A DNA stretch of 64,000 nucleotides from Thermoanaerobaculia bacterium (GTDB taxonomy: Bacteria; Acidobacteriota; Thermoanaerobaculia; Multivoradales; JAGPDF01): assembly GCA_963788175.1 (NCBI GenBank), contig CAWBFZ010000001.1, positions 323,880-387,879 of the forward strand, given 5' to 3'. The position numbers and the translations under genes are program-made. Below, in pieces: positions 29,233 to 37,792 of the stretch. Position 1 is the first letter of the stretch; every line of letters starts with the position of its first letter. The notes below the pieces were generated by a model, which worked only from the letters and a program-made list of their open reading frames with translations, was not told where the DNA came from and searched no databases.

Positions 29233-30756
29233 CTAGAACTTGTGCGCCGAATGGGCGCCGAGCAGAAACTCGAGCTGCAACCAGAGGGAGTGTTCGTCGG
29301 CGGTCCAGGCGTCGCCGCGGTCGAAGTTGTACTGCAGGCGGAGCTTCGAGTATTCGGTGGGCAACCAGGTCAGCACCGGCGAGAGGCGGAAGCGCTGGGC
29401 GAGCGCCGCGGCGTCCGGATTCCCGCCCCCGTCGCTCGCTCCCGTCGTTCCGGTGTCGCCGCCGACGCTGTCGACCCGGAGCCCGGCGATGTAGCCCGGC
29501 CGGAAACCCCAGTTGACCTGCAGGTAGCCGCCCCAGTCGCCGAAGCGGGTCGTCGCCTGGGCGGTCTCGGGCGCGCCGTCCGCGATCAGATCGCGATACA
29601 TCAGCTCGCCCTGGACCTTGACGAATGGGAAGCCCTTGAAGGCGTTCGCCGCTTTCCATTTCCAGAAGCCGTCGACGCCGTAGATCCGGGTCTCGCCGTC
29701 GTCGCCGGTGCCGTTGGGGCCGAGGGCTGCCGAGGCGCCAACCAGGAGGGTCTGGGTGTCGGTGAGATCGAACGACGCCGCATAGCGCGGGGCGAGGAGC
29801 AGATCGGAGAACGCCTTCACGCGGCGATCGACGACCTCCCGGCCGAACAGGCTCTCGCCGGGGACGCTGCGGAAGCTGGTGAGCGTTTCGCCCTGGCTGT
29901 TCTGCACCGCCAGGTAGGCCTCGGAGTAGAAGTCGGTCGGCAGCAGCCAGGAGACCCGCGCTCCCACCGAGCGCAGTCCGTCGCCGCCGAAGAACCGGCC
30001 GTTGACCAGGGGCTGGTCGACGAAGTCCCAGGAGTGCGGGTGGCTCGGATTGAGCCGGCCGAACTCGGTGAAGAACTGGCCGACCTTGAGCTGCAGGCCG
30101 TGGGGAAGGGCGGTCGAGGTGGCGTAGGCCTCCTCCAGCTCGACGACCGACTCGCCCTCGGGGGAGATCTGCAGGATGACGTTCGCCTGGCCGCGGAAGT
30201 ACGGATCGACCGCGCCCTCGAGGACCATCTCGACGTTCTGGACGGTGAAGCCGCGCTGTGCCGGGTCGTGGCCGCCAGGCTCGAGGGCGCCGACATCGCT
30301 CGCGGTGGAAGCACCGGCGGCGAAGAGACCGTCGAGCGACAGATTCAGGAAGTTCTTGCCGGCGGCGCCGGAGAGGATGGTCACCGGCGCCGCAGGAGTG
30401 GCCGCCGGCGCCGGCTCGGCGAGCGTGGCGGTGACGACGGGAGCCGGCGGAGTCTCGGCGATCGTCACTGCCGTGGGCATCGTGGGGGACGACCCGGCCA
30501 GTGCCGCGAGCCGGGCTTCGAGGGCGGCGATCCGCTGCTCGTAGTCGGAGCGCAGCCGGGCGATCTCCCGGCGGAGCTCGCCTACGGCGGCGTCGGCGGC
30601 GGTGGCGGCGCCGGCGGGGAGCGCAGAGGCTGGTGGAACGGTCCCGGGCGGCGACCCCGGGGCAAGCGAAGGCGGCTGCTGAGCCGGGAGCCCGGCGGCG
30701 GCGATGGCGGAGATGGCGGCGAGCGTCGCCGCAAGCAGGAACGGTTTTCGGGCCAT
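29233..30756 (-). CDS. putative outer-membrane beta-barrel protein with N-terminal coiled coil
   Basis: Signal peptide MARKPFLLAATLAAISAIAAAG, heptad-like ELRREIARLRSDYEQRIAALEARLAAL, alternating-residue strands, and a C-terminal aromatic ..AHSAHKF. Confidence 0.55.
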   Translation of the reverse strand: MARKPFLLAATLAAISAIAAAGLPAQQPPSLAPGSPPGTVPPASALPAGAATAADAAVGELRREIARLRSDYEQRIAALEARLAALAGSSPTMPTAVTIAETPPAPVVTATLAEPAPAATPAAPVTILSGAAGKNFLNLSLDGLFAAGASTASDVGALEPGGHDPAQRGFTVQNVEMVLEGAVDPYFRGQANVILQISPEGESVVELEEAYATSTALPHGLQLKVGQFFTEFGRLNPSHPHSWDFVDQPLVNGRFFGGDGLRSVGARVSWLLPTDFYSEAYLAVQNSQGETLTSFRSVPGESLFGREVVDRRVKAFSDLLLAPRYAASFDLTDTQTLLVGASAALGPNGTGDDGETRIYGVDGFWKWKAANAFKGFPFVKVQGELMYRDLIADGAPETAQATTRFGDWGGYLQVNWGFRPGYIAGLRVDSVGGDTGTTGASDGGGNPDAAALAQRFRLSPVLTWLPTEYSKLRLQYNFDRGDAWTADEHSLWLQLEFLLGAHSAHKF

Positions 30757-30799
30757 GTCGGCCTCCTCTGCGCCCGCCCCCTGAGGGTACAGAACGCGG

Positions 30800-30812
30800 T
30801 TGAACGGTTCAA
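30800..30812. promoter_or_regulatory. perfect palindrome TTGAAC-G-GTTCAA (candidate operator)
   Basis: Lies 44 nt upstream of the barrel-protein start. Related GAAC-N-GTTC elements occur at 30792-30802 (imperfect) and 30852-30860. Confidence 0.3.
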
Positions 30813-30858
30813 TGCCGCGCGCCGGCGCGGCGCGCCGGGCGTGGTGCTGCGGAACCGT

Positions 30859-31257
30859 TCAGGCGGTCGGAGGGCCGCGGGGGGAGGCGGAGGAGGGGTA
30901 GGCGACGAGCGCCGGCTGCGCCTCCGCCGGAGGTTCGAAGTGCAGGAAACCCGCCGGCGCGAGAGCTTCGGCGGGATCCGGACGCACGGCGCGGCCCTGC
31001 GCCTGCAAGGCACAGGTGGCGCAGGCCGGTTCGCGCCGCTCTTCCGACCGGTCGAAGTGGTGCGGGACGCGCGGGTGGCTCGCCGCCGGGTCGAAGAGCC
31101 CGCCGACTTCGATGGCGCGATGGTGGTTGGCGAGGTTGTGGAGCTCGAGCGCGCCGCTGGCGATCAGCAGCGTACAGACGAAGATCGCGGCCTGCCGGAA
31201 GGCAGAGCTGCGAGAGCAGGGGCGCCGATCGGAACGTGCGGGCATGGCTCCAGGCAT
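30859..31257 (-). CDS. small single-pass membrane protein, His/Cys-rich (hypothetical)
   Basis: The 132-aa ORF exactly fills the gap between neighbouring genes, starting 3 nt after the upstream stop. TM AAIFVCTLLIASGAL, then HNLANHH, HPRVPHH and CATC motifs. Confidence 0.4.
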   Translation of the reverse strand: MPGAMPARSDRRPCSRSSAFRQAAIFVCTLLIASGALELHNLANHHRAIEVGGLFDPAASHPRVPHHFDRSEERREPACATCALQAQGRAVRPDPAEALAPAGFLHFEPPAEAQPALVAYPSSASPRGPPTA

Positions 31258-31260
31258 CGG

Positions 31261-31854
31261 TCAGGCCCGGCGCCGGTGCTGCTGAAAGTCCTGGAAGTAG
31301 AAACCCGCCCAGAGGATGAACGGCAGCGCGAGCTTGAACGGCAGATCGAGCAGGTGCTTGCCGAAGCCCCAGAGATTCTGCGCGACCGGGCCGTAGTGCT
31401 CGCTGCTCCAGGCGCCGAGTTGGGTCGAGTACACGAACTTCACGTAGAAAAAGACTACCAGGATGTGAAACACCACCGAGATCAGCAGCGCCCAGCCGAG
31501 ATTCTCGATGCGGCGCCGCCGTGCGATCCCCGGCACGGCGAGGAAGAGCGCCACGGTCAGGACCAGCGTGAAATGCAGGTCGGACAGCCGGAACTTGTAG
31601 ATGAAGCCCTGCTTGCCCGACAGGTCGCTGCGGGTGACGATCACCTGGTGCGTCTCCTGGACATAGAGCCGGGTGACGGCGGGAAACTCCAACGCGCGGC
31701 TGAGCTGCTCGCCGGCGAGGGCGAGGAAGCGGTTGTAGAACGGCGTGCACAGCACCCAGACGGCGACCGCCGGGAGGAGCCAGAGGAGAAGATTGCGCAC
31801 CAGCCGGCCAGGCCAGGACCCGGTTGTCGGACTGCTCTTGGGCTCTCCCGCCAT
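31261..31854 (-). CDS. polytopic membrane protein adjacent to exosortase-family gene (possible exosortase-associated partner)
   Basis: 197 aa starting at MAGEPKSS. 4 predicted TM helices. Lies 20 nt downstream of the exosortase-like gene. The 941-aa track ORF is run-through. Confidence 0.6.
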   Translation of the reverse strand: MAGEPKSSPTTGSWPGRLVRNLLLWLLPAVAVWVLCTPFYNRFLALAGEQLSRALEFPAVTRLYVQETHQVIVTRSDLSGKQGFIYKFRLSDLHFTLVLTVALFLAVPGIARRRRIENLGWALLISVVFHILVVFFYVKFVYSTQLGAWSSEHYGPVAQNLWGFGKHLLDLPFKLALPFILWAGFYFQDFQQHRRRA

Positions 31855-31874
31855 CCTCGGGTTTCGCGCCGGTC

Positions 31875-32447
31875 CTAGGACGACTGCGGTTCTACGGGGG
31901 CGCGGGACGGATCTGCTGCGAAACGATCGGCCCAGAGAACCCAGAGCAGGACTCCCGAGAGGATCACGAGGGTCTGCCAGACGACCGTGTGCGAGCTGTC
32001 GAACAGCTTCGGCAGGTAGACGCCAGTGAGGAACAGCGCCACGACCCGGATCAGGTTGACCAGCTGGATCGCGACGAATCCCAGCCCGACTCCCATCAGG
32101 CGCGACTTCCAGGAGGCCGGGAAAGCGAGCACGGCGGCGAAGTAGATCAACATCGCTTCCACTCCGTTGCAGCCGTTGCGGATGTTGACCGCAAATCGGC
32201 TGCTGCGGATGACCGTGCCTTCCATCTTCGTTTGCTGTCCGAGCAGGTTGAGCGTCGCCCCGCCGGCCCGGGCGATCGCGCCGGTGAACGGTTCGATGAC
32301 CCGGTCGTTGACCGGATTCCAGGAGATCAGCGTGAAGCTGGCGCCCAGAATCAGCACGAAGAAGATCAGGAAACCGAGCTCCCGCCGATAGCGTTGCCAG
32401 GCGGACGCCGGCGGTGCGGCGGGTGGGGGAGGTGACGGAGTGCGCAT
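31875..32447 (-). CDS. exosortase/archaeosortase family protein (small XrtF/XrtH-like form)
   Basis: 190 aa, polytopic. Ordered catalytic-triad-like motifs NGCNGVEAM (Cys), VNLIRVV (Asn-x-x-Arg) and SSHTVVW (His). Confidence 0.75.
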   Translation of the reverse strand: MRTPSPPPPAAPPASAWQRYRRELGFLIFFVLILGASFTLISWNPVNDRVIEPFTGAIARAGGATLNLLGQQTKMEGTVIRSSRFAVNIRNGCNGVEAMLIYFAAVLAFPASWKSRLMGVGLGFVAIQLVNLIRVVALFLTGVYLPKLFDSSHTVVWQTLVILSGVLLWVLWADRFAADPSRAPVEPQSS

Positions 32448-32568
32448 TTTCCTGTCCCTTGCTCGGCGCGAGGGGACGTGAGCCTATGACGCGCCGGGCC
32501 TGCTGTCCACAAATCCGGCCACGGCGCCGCCGGCGGGGGAGTTTCTGGCGTCGCCCGTTCGCGCTCGA

Positions 32569-32598
32569 TTGACAAGCCCGGCGAGCGAGCCATACCAT
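32569..32598 (+). promoter_or_regulatory. sigma70-like promoter candidate TTGACA-N17/18-(A)TACCAT
   Basis: Perfect -35 hexamer at 32569-32574 and a -10-like element at 32592-32598, about 30 nt upstream of the likely pyrR TTG start. Confidence 0.3.
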
Positions 32599-32628
32599 CC
32601 ACTGGCTCGTCCACTCCGGTACATTTTC

Positions 32629-33183
32629 TTGTCCCTCGTCACCAAAGCGACCATCCTCGACGCCCCCGAGATGCGTCGCATCATCCGTCGCATGGCGGGT
32701 GAGTTGATCGAATCCGAGAGTCAACTGGAAAACCTGATGCTGATCGGCATCCGCACCCGCGGAGTGCCGCTCGCCGAGCAACTGGCGGCCGACATCTTCC
32801 AGCTCGAGAACCGGCGGGTCGCGATCGGCACGCTCGACATCACGCTCTACCGCGACGACCTGTCGCTGGTGGCCCCGAAACCGGTGGTGCGCGAGAGTCA
32901 CTTCCCGGAGCCGATCGAAGACCGCACGCTGGTGTTGTGCGACGACGTGCTCTACACCGGCCGGACGGTGCGCGCGGCGCTCGATGCGCTGCTCGACTAC
33001 GGGCGCCCGAAGGCGGTCCGTCTCGCCGTGCTCATCGATCGCGGCTGGCGTGAGTTCCCGATTCATGCCGACGTCGTCGGCCGCAAGGTGCCGACCTCCG
33101 CGGGCGAAGTGATCAAGGTCAGCTTCGAGGACACCGACGGCGAGTCGAAGGTGCAGATCCTCGAACGCAAGCCCGGCGCATGA
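32629..33183 (+). CDS. pyrR: bifunctional pyrimidine operon regulator / uracil phosphoribosyltransferase PyrR
   Basis: ..KATILDAPEMRRIIRRMAGELIE..LIGIRTRGVPLA.., PRPP motif VLCDDVLYTGRTVRAAL. TTG at 32629 chosen by alignment logic with known PyrR N-termini. The track start at 32569 coincides with the -35 hexamer. Confidence 0.85.
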   Translation: MSLVTKATILDAPEMRRIIRRMAGELIESESQLENLMLIGIRTRGVPLAEQLAADIFQLENRRVAIGTLDITLYRDDLSLVAPKPVVRESHFPEPIEDRTLVLCDDVLYTGRTVRAALDALLDYGRPKAVRLAVLIDRGWREFPIHADVVGRKVPTSAGEVIKVSFEDTDGESKVQILERKPGA

Positions 33184-34176
33184 CTCCGCCCGTCGATCGG
33201 CCAGCCGACAGGCCGGGGGACAGGTCCTCCGCCGCCGAATCGGCGGTCTGGCAGCCGCAAGGACCTGCTCGGGATTGCCGAGCTCTCCGTGCCGGAGATC
33301 GAGCTCATCCTCGCGACGGCCGAGTCGTTCGCCGAGGTCGCCCGGCGGCCGGTGAAGAAAGTCCCGACGCTGCGCGGCAAGACGGTGGTGAATCTCTTCT
33401 TCGAACCGTCGACCCGCACTCGGGTCTCCTTCGAGATCGCGGCCCAACGGCTGTCGGCGGACGTAGTGAACTTCAGTACCGCCGGCTCTTCGCAGTCGAA
33501 GGGCGAGACGCTGCGCGATACGACGCACAACATCGCCTCGATGTTCCCGGACTTCGTGGTCGTGCGCCATGCCCACCATGGCGTACCGGCGATGCTGGCT
33601 CGCGAGCTCGCCTGCGGGGTCATCAACGCCGGCGACGGTTCGCATGAACACCCCACCCAGGCGCTCCTCGATGCCATGACGATCCGGCGCCGCAAAGGGA
33701 GGATCGCCGGCCTCACCGTGGCGTTGGTGGGCGACATCGCCCACAGCCGCGTCGCGCGCTCGAACATCCACCTCCTGACCCGCCTCGGAGCCCGCGTCCG
33801 GGTGGCGGGTCCGCGCACCATGCTGCCGGCGGCGATCGCGTCGATGGGTGTCGAGGTCTGCTACACGATCGAAGAGGCGCTCGCAGGCGCCGACGCGATC
33901 GTGATGCTCCGCCTGCAGCTCGAGCGCCAGCGCAGCGTCCTCTTCCCGAGCCTCGGCGAGTATGCGAATCTGTTCGGGCTCAATCCGGCGCGCCTGGCAC
34001 TCGCCAACCCGGACGCCATGGTGCTGCATCCGGGACCGATGAACCGCGGGGTCGAGATCACGAGTGAAGTCGCCGACGGCCCGCATTCGGCCATCCTCGA
34101 ACAGGTGGGGCAGGGCGTCGCAGTGCGCATGGCGGTGCTCTACCTGCTGGCCGGGGCGCGGAGGGCGGCCACGTGA
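33180..34176 (+). pseudogene. pyrB: aspartate carbamoyltransferase catalytic subunit, +1 frame break near 33250-33256
   Basis: The conserved body (..[19 protein letters not shown].., [25 protein letters not shown]) has no start codon in its own frame upstream of a GTG at 33289. An ATG at 33180, overlapping the pyrR stop as ATGA, is one frame off. Confidence 0.8.
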
Positions 34177-35541
34177 AGGCGATCCTGCTCACCGGCGGGC
34201 GGTTGATCGACCCCGCGCGCGGCGTCGACGGGCCCTTCGACCTGCTGCTCACCGACGGCGTCGTGGCCGAGGTCGGCGCGCCGGGGAGCCTGCGGGCAAA
34301 GGCGGAAGCGGCGTCGGGCGCACGTGCGGGCGAGGCGCTCGAGGTGTTCGAGCTCGCGCGGCAAGGTCGTCTGCCCCGGACTGATCGATATTCACGTGCA
34401 TCTCAGGGAGCCCGGCCAGGAGGCCAAGGAGACGGTCGCCACCGGCGTCGCGGCGGCGGTCGCCGGCGGCTTCACCGCGCGTCGCCTGCATGGCAAATAC
34501 CCTGCCGGCCAACGACAGCGGCTGGGTGACGAGCGTCATCGTCGCGCGCCGCCGAGGTGGCGGCGCTCGCCCGGGTCTATCCGATCGGCGCCATCAGCAA
34601 GGGTCTCGAGGGCAAGGAGCTGGCGCCGATGGGTGCCATGGTCGCCGCCGGCGCCGTCGCGGTGTCCGACGACGGCCGTCCGGTGTCGAACGCGGAGCTG
34701 ATGCGGCGGGCGCTCGAGTACGCCCAGCATTTCGGAATTCCGGTCATTCAGCACGCCCAGGACATGGACCTCTCCGGCGACGGCGTGATGCACGAAGGGG
34801 AATGGTCGGCGCGCTCCGGCATGCCGGGAATTCCCGGGCTCGCCGAGGACGTGATGGTCGCCCGCGACCTGCTGCTGGTCGAGGAGACCGGCGGTCGCTA
34901 CCATCTCGCGCACATGTCGACCGCGCGCTGCCGCAGGTCTGATGCGCGAGGCGAAGCGTCGCGGCCAGCCGGTGACCTGCGAGGTGACGCCGCACCATCT
35001 TCTGCTGACCGATCGCGCGGTGGTCGAGGCCGGCTTCGACGCGCAGTTCAAGATGAATCCGCCGCTGCGCGCCGAGCGCGACCGAGAAGCGCTGCTGGCG
35101 GCGCTCAACGACGGCACGGTGGATGCCATCGCGAGCGACCATGCGCCCCACACCTCCGACGAAAAGTGCTTCGAGTTCGAGCTCGCGCCGTTCGGAATCC
35201 TCGGGCTGGAGACGACCCTGGCGGTCTGCCTCGAGCATCTGGTGCGGCCGGGACACCTCGCGCTCGGCAGACTGATCGAGCTGCTGACCGCGGGCCCGGC
35301 GCGGGTGCTCGGTCTCCCCGGCGGGACACTCGCCCCCGGTTCCCCGGCGGATGTGACGGTCATCGACCTCGAGCGCCGGTCGACCATCGAACCGAAGAGC
35401 TTCCGCAGCAAGTCGCGCAACACGCCGTTCGGAGGCTGGCCGGTGACCGGCGGCGCCGTCCTGACGATCGTCGGCGGCAAGGTCGTTTTCCGACTGCCTG
35501 CGCTGCCCGCGGCGACTGCTGCGACTGCGGCGGCTTCGTGA
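34173..35541 (+). pseudogene. pyrC: dihydroorotase, four +1 frame breaks as sequenced
   Basis: Five consecutive fragments in frames 0,1,2,0,1: [14 protein letters not shown].. / [24 protein letters not shown] / [13 protein letters not shown].. / [32 protein letters not shown] / AAGLMREAKRRGQPVTCEVTPHHL..DHAPH... Breaks near 34357-34361, 34477-34482, 34545-34552 and 34926-34931. Confidence 0.8.
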
Positions 35542-36369
35542 ACCACCACCGCGAGCTGCTCGAGGCCGGGATGGCCGCCGCGGAGGCTGGCGCGGAGGTG
35601 CTCAAGCGCTACTTCCGCAGCGCGGATCTCGAGGTGCGGACCAAGGCGCAGAACGATTTCGTCACTCAGGCCGACCACGAGAGCGAGGCGGCGCTGGTGG
35701 CGGAGATCCTGCGCCGTTTCCCCGACCATCGGATCCTCGCCGAAGAGGGCAGCCTCAACAGCGCGGCCGCCGCCGGGTCCAGCGACTACGAGTGGGTCAT
35801 CGATCCGCTCGACGGCACGACCAACTTCCTGCAGGGTCTGCCCGTCTGGGCGGTCTCGGTCGCCTGCCGCCGCGGAAAGGAGCTTCTCGCCGGCGTCGTG
35901 CTCGATCCCCAGGGTGGCAACGTCTTCACCGCCGTGCGCGGTGGCGGGGCGTTCTGGAACGGACGCCGCATGCGGGTTTCCGACCGGCCGGCTCTGCCTG
36001 GCGCCTTTCTCGCGACCGGCTATCCGTTTCGCGCCAAGGCGGCGCTCGATCTCTATCTCGAGCTGTTTCGCGGCATCTTCACCGAGGCCCGCGCCATCCG
36101 GCGCTGCGGCGCCGCGGCGCTCGATCTCGCCTACGTCGCCGCCGGCGTCTACGACGGCTTCTTCGAATTCCGCCTGTCGCCCTGGGACGTCGCCGCCGGC
36201 GCCCTGCTCATCGAGCAGGCGGGCGGGGTGCTGTCGGATCTCGACGGCGGGGAGCGCTATCTCGTCTCCGGGCAACGTCCTCGCCGGGAATCCCGGGGTC
36301 CACGCCGGCCTGCTGGCGATCGCCAGAGGGTACGCATCGGAGGCGGAGCTCGACCGTCTCGTGCCGTGA
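35538..36369 (+). pseudogene. suhB: inositol monophosphatase family protein (SuhB-like), +1 frame break near 36270-36274
   Basis: GTG start overlaps the pyrC stop (GTGA). Motifs ILAEEG, WVIDPLDGTTNF and AAGALLIEQAGG. The C-terminal ..NVLAGNPGVHAGLLAIARG.. lies in the next frame. Confidence 0.8.
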
Positions 36370-37401
36370 GCCGGGAAGACTCCGTCGAGCTTCATCTCCA
36401 TCCGCGCAACCCACGAGGCCGGATCCGGACCCTGCGCCTCAGCCCGCCGGGGGCGGCGCTTCGGGCTCGCCTTTCTCGCGGCCTACCTGATCTTCGTCGC
36501 CGGCGGGCTCCTGCTCGCACCGCGGACGATCTCGAACCAGCTGTTGCAGCGCGACTACCGCGTGCGCATGGCCCGGCGCCAGCAGCTCGGCGAACGCCTG
36601 CAGGCCCTGGTCGAGCGCTTTGCGGAGCTCGGGCGCCAGGGTCGGGCGCTGCGCGAGCGCGTCGAGCGGATCCAGCGTGTCTACGCCATCCTTGCGGCCC
36701 AGGACGAGAGTCCGGGGAGGTTCCCCGCGCGGGCGTCGGACCTCCCGGCAACCATCTTCGGCGGTGCGCTCGCGAGGGCAATCGTCTCGAGTCGGTCTGC
36801 GCCAGGATCTCGACCATACCGATCGTGTGCTGGCTGCAATCGAGATCTTCGAGAGCGCGCGGGGAAAGTGGGTCGACGCAGGTGCCGGCGCGCTCTCCCC
36901 TGCGCGGCGAGGATGTCGTGTCTGACCAGCGCCTTCGGCAGCCGGCGCAGCCCCTATACACGGGCGATGGAGTTCCACTCGGGGATCGACCTCGCCGCGC
37001 CCGCCGGCACGCGGATCTACGCGCCGGCCGCCGGCGTGGTGGTCTGGGCCGGCGCGGTCGAAGCCGATCGGCGCAACGACTGGTGGCGGCTCGGGCAGAC
37101 GATCGTGCTGGCGAACGGCGACAGCTTCCGGACGATCTTCGGGCACTCCCAGCAGCTCTTCGTCCGTCCGGGCATGCGGGTCGAGGCCGGCGATCTGATC
37201 GCCACGGTCGGCGACACCGGTTGGACGACGGGGCCGCATCTGCACTACGAGATCCGGCGACGGACCGCGAGCGGCTGGACGGCGGTCGATCCGCGCGACT
37301 ACATGCTCGACCGGCCGCTCGACGAGCACGAGCGGCCGGCGGTGGCGCGCGGCGCGCACAGCCTGGAGGCGCAGCCCCTGCCGCCACAGTTCCTGCGCTA
37401 G
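36366..37401 (+). pseudogene. M23 family metallopeptidase (N-terminal TM + coiled coil), frame broken in a G5 run (36448-36456) and probably again between 36775 and 36920
   Basis: GTG at 36366 overlaps the suhB stop. The TM FGLAFLAAYLIFVAGGLLL and the M23 core (FHSGIDLAAPAGTRIYAPAAGVV..GPHLHYEI) are in the +1 frame relative to that start. The conserved-looking PLRGEDVV preceding LTSAFGSRR lies in yet another frame. Confidence 0.7.
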
Positions 37402-37429
37402 GAAGACGCACTGCCCAGTGCTGCGGCGC

Positions 37430-37792
37430 TCAGCGGTCTTCGGCGTCCCAGTGGAAGCGATGCATCAGGCGATGGAGGAGCGGCGCGAAGACGATGCCGG
37501 CGACGACCAGGACGGCCAGACCGGAGTACAGGGCGTAGATGCCGGCGAAGAGCTTGCCGCCGGCGGTGCTGGGCAGGTTGACCGGCCCCATGCCGCCGAG
37601 GATCATCGCCGCGTTCAGGAAGGCGTCGACCCAGCCGAGGCCCTCGAACCAGGCGTAGCCCGCCATGCCGAGAGCGAGCGATCCGGCGATGAATCCGCAG
37701 GCGGTGACGAGGTGCAGCAGCAGCCGGCGGCGAAAGGCCGGGCGCGTCAGCAGTGGATGGTCGCGGTGCTCGTACATGGGGGCTCGGCTCAA
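37430..37792 (-). CDS. small 2-TM membrane protein with K-channel-like pore-loop segment
   Basis: 120 aa with TM1 (LLLHLVTACGFIAGSLALGMAGYAWF), WVDAFLNAAMILGGMGPV and TM2 (LFAGIYALYSGLAVLVVAGIVFAPLL). The start overlaps the upstream gene stop (ATGA). Confidence 0.55.
   Translation of the reverse strand: MSRAPMYEHRDHPLLTRPAFRRRLLLHLVTACGFIAGSLALGMAGYAWFEGLGWVDAFLNAAMILGGMGPVNLPSTAGGKLFAGIYALYSGLAVLVVAGIVFAPLLHRLMHRFHWDAEDR

Noticed and set aside
21843-37401. Programmed +1 ribosomal frameshifting or another recoding mechanism as the explanation for the frame breaks
   Set aside because: I see no shared slippery or shift-site motif among the junctions (contexts differ: GACCTACGG, TGGGTCGTACC, GCGCGGCAAGG, CCGGGGGCGG, GGAAAAGG). 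Several breaks occur per gene, in unrelated housekeeping genes and on both strands. Insertion-type consensus error is far more parsimonious. It is kept as a finding only because it needs read-level confirmation.
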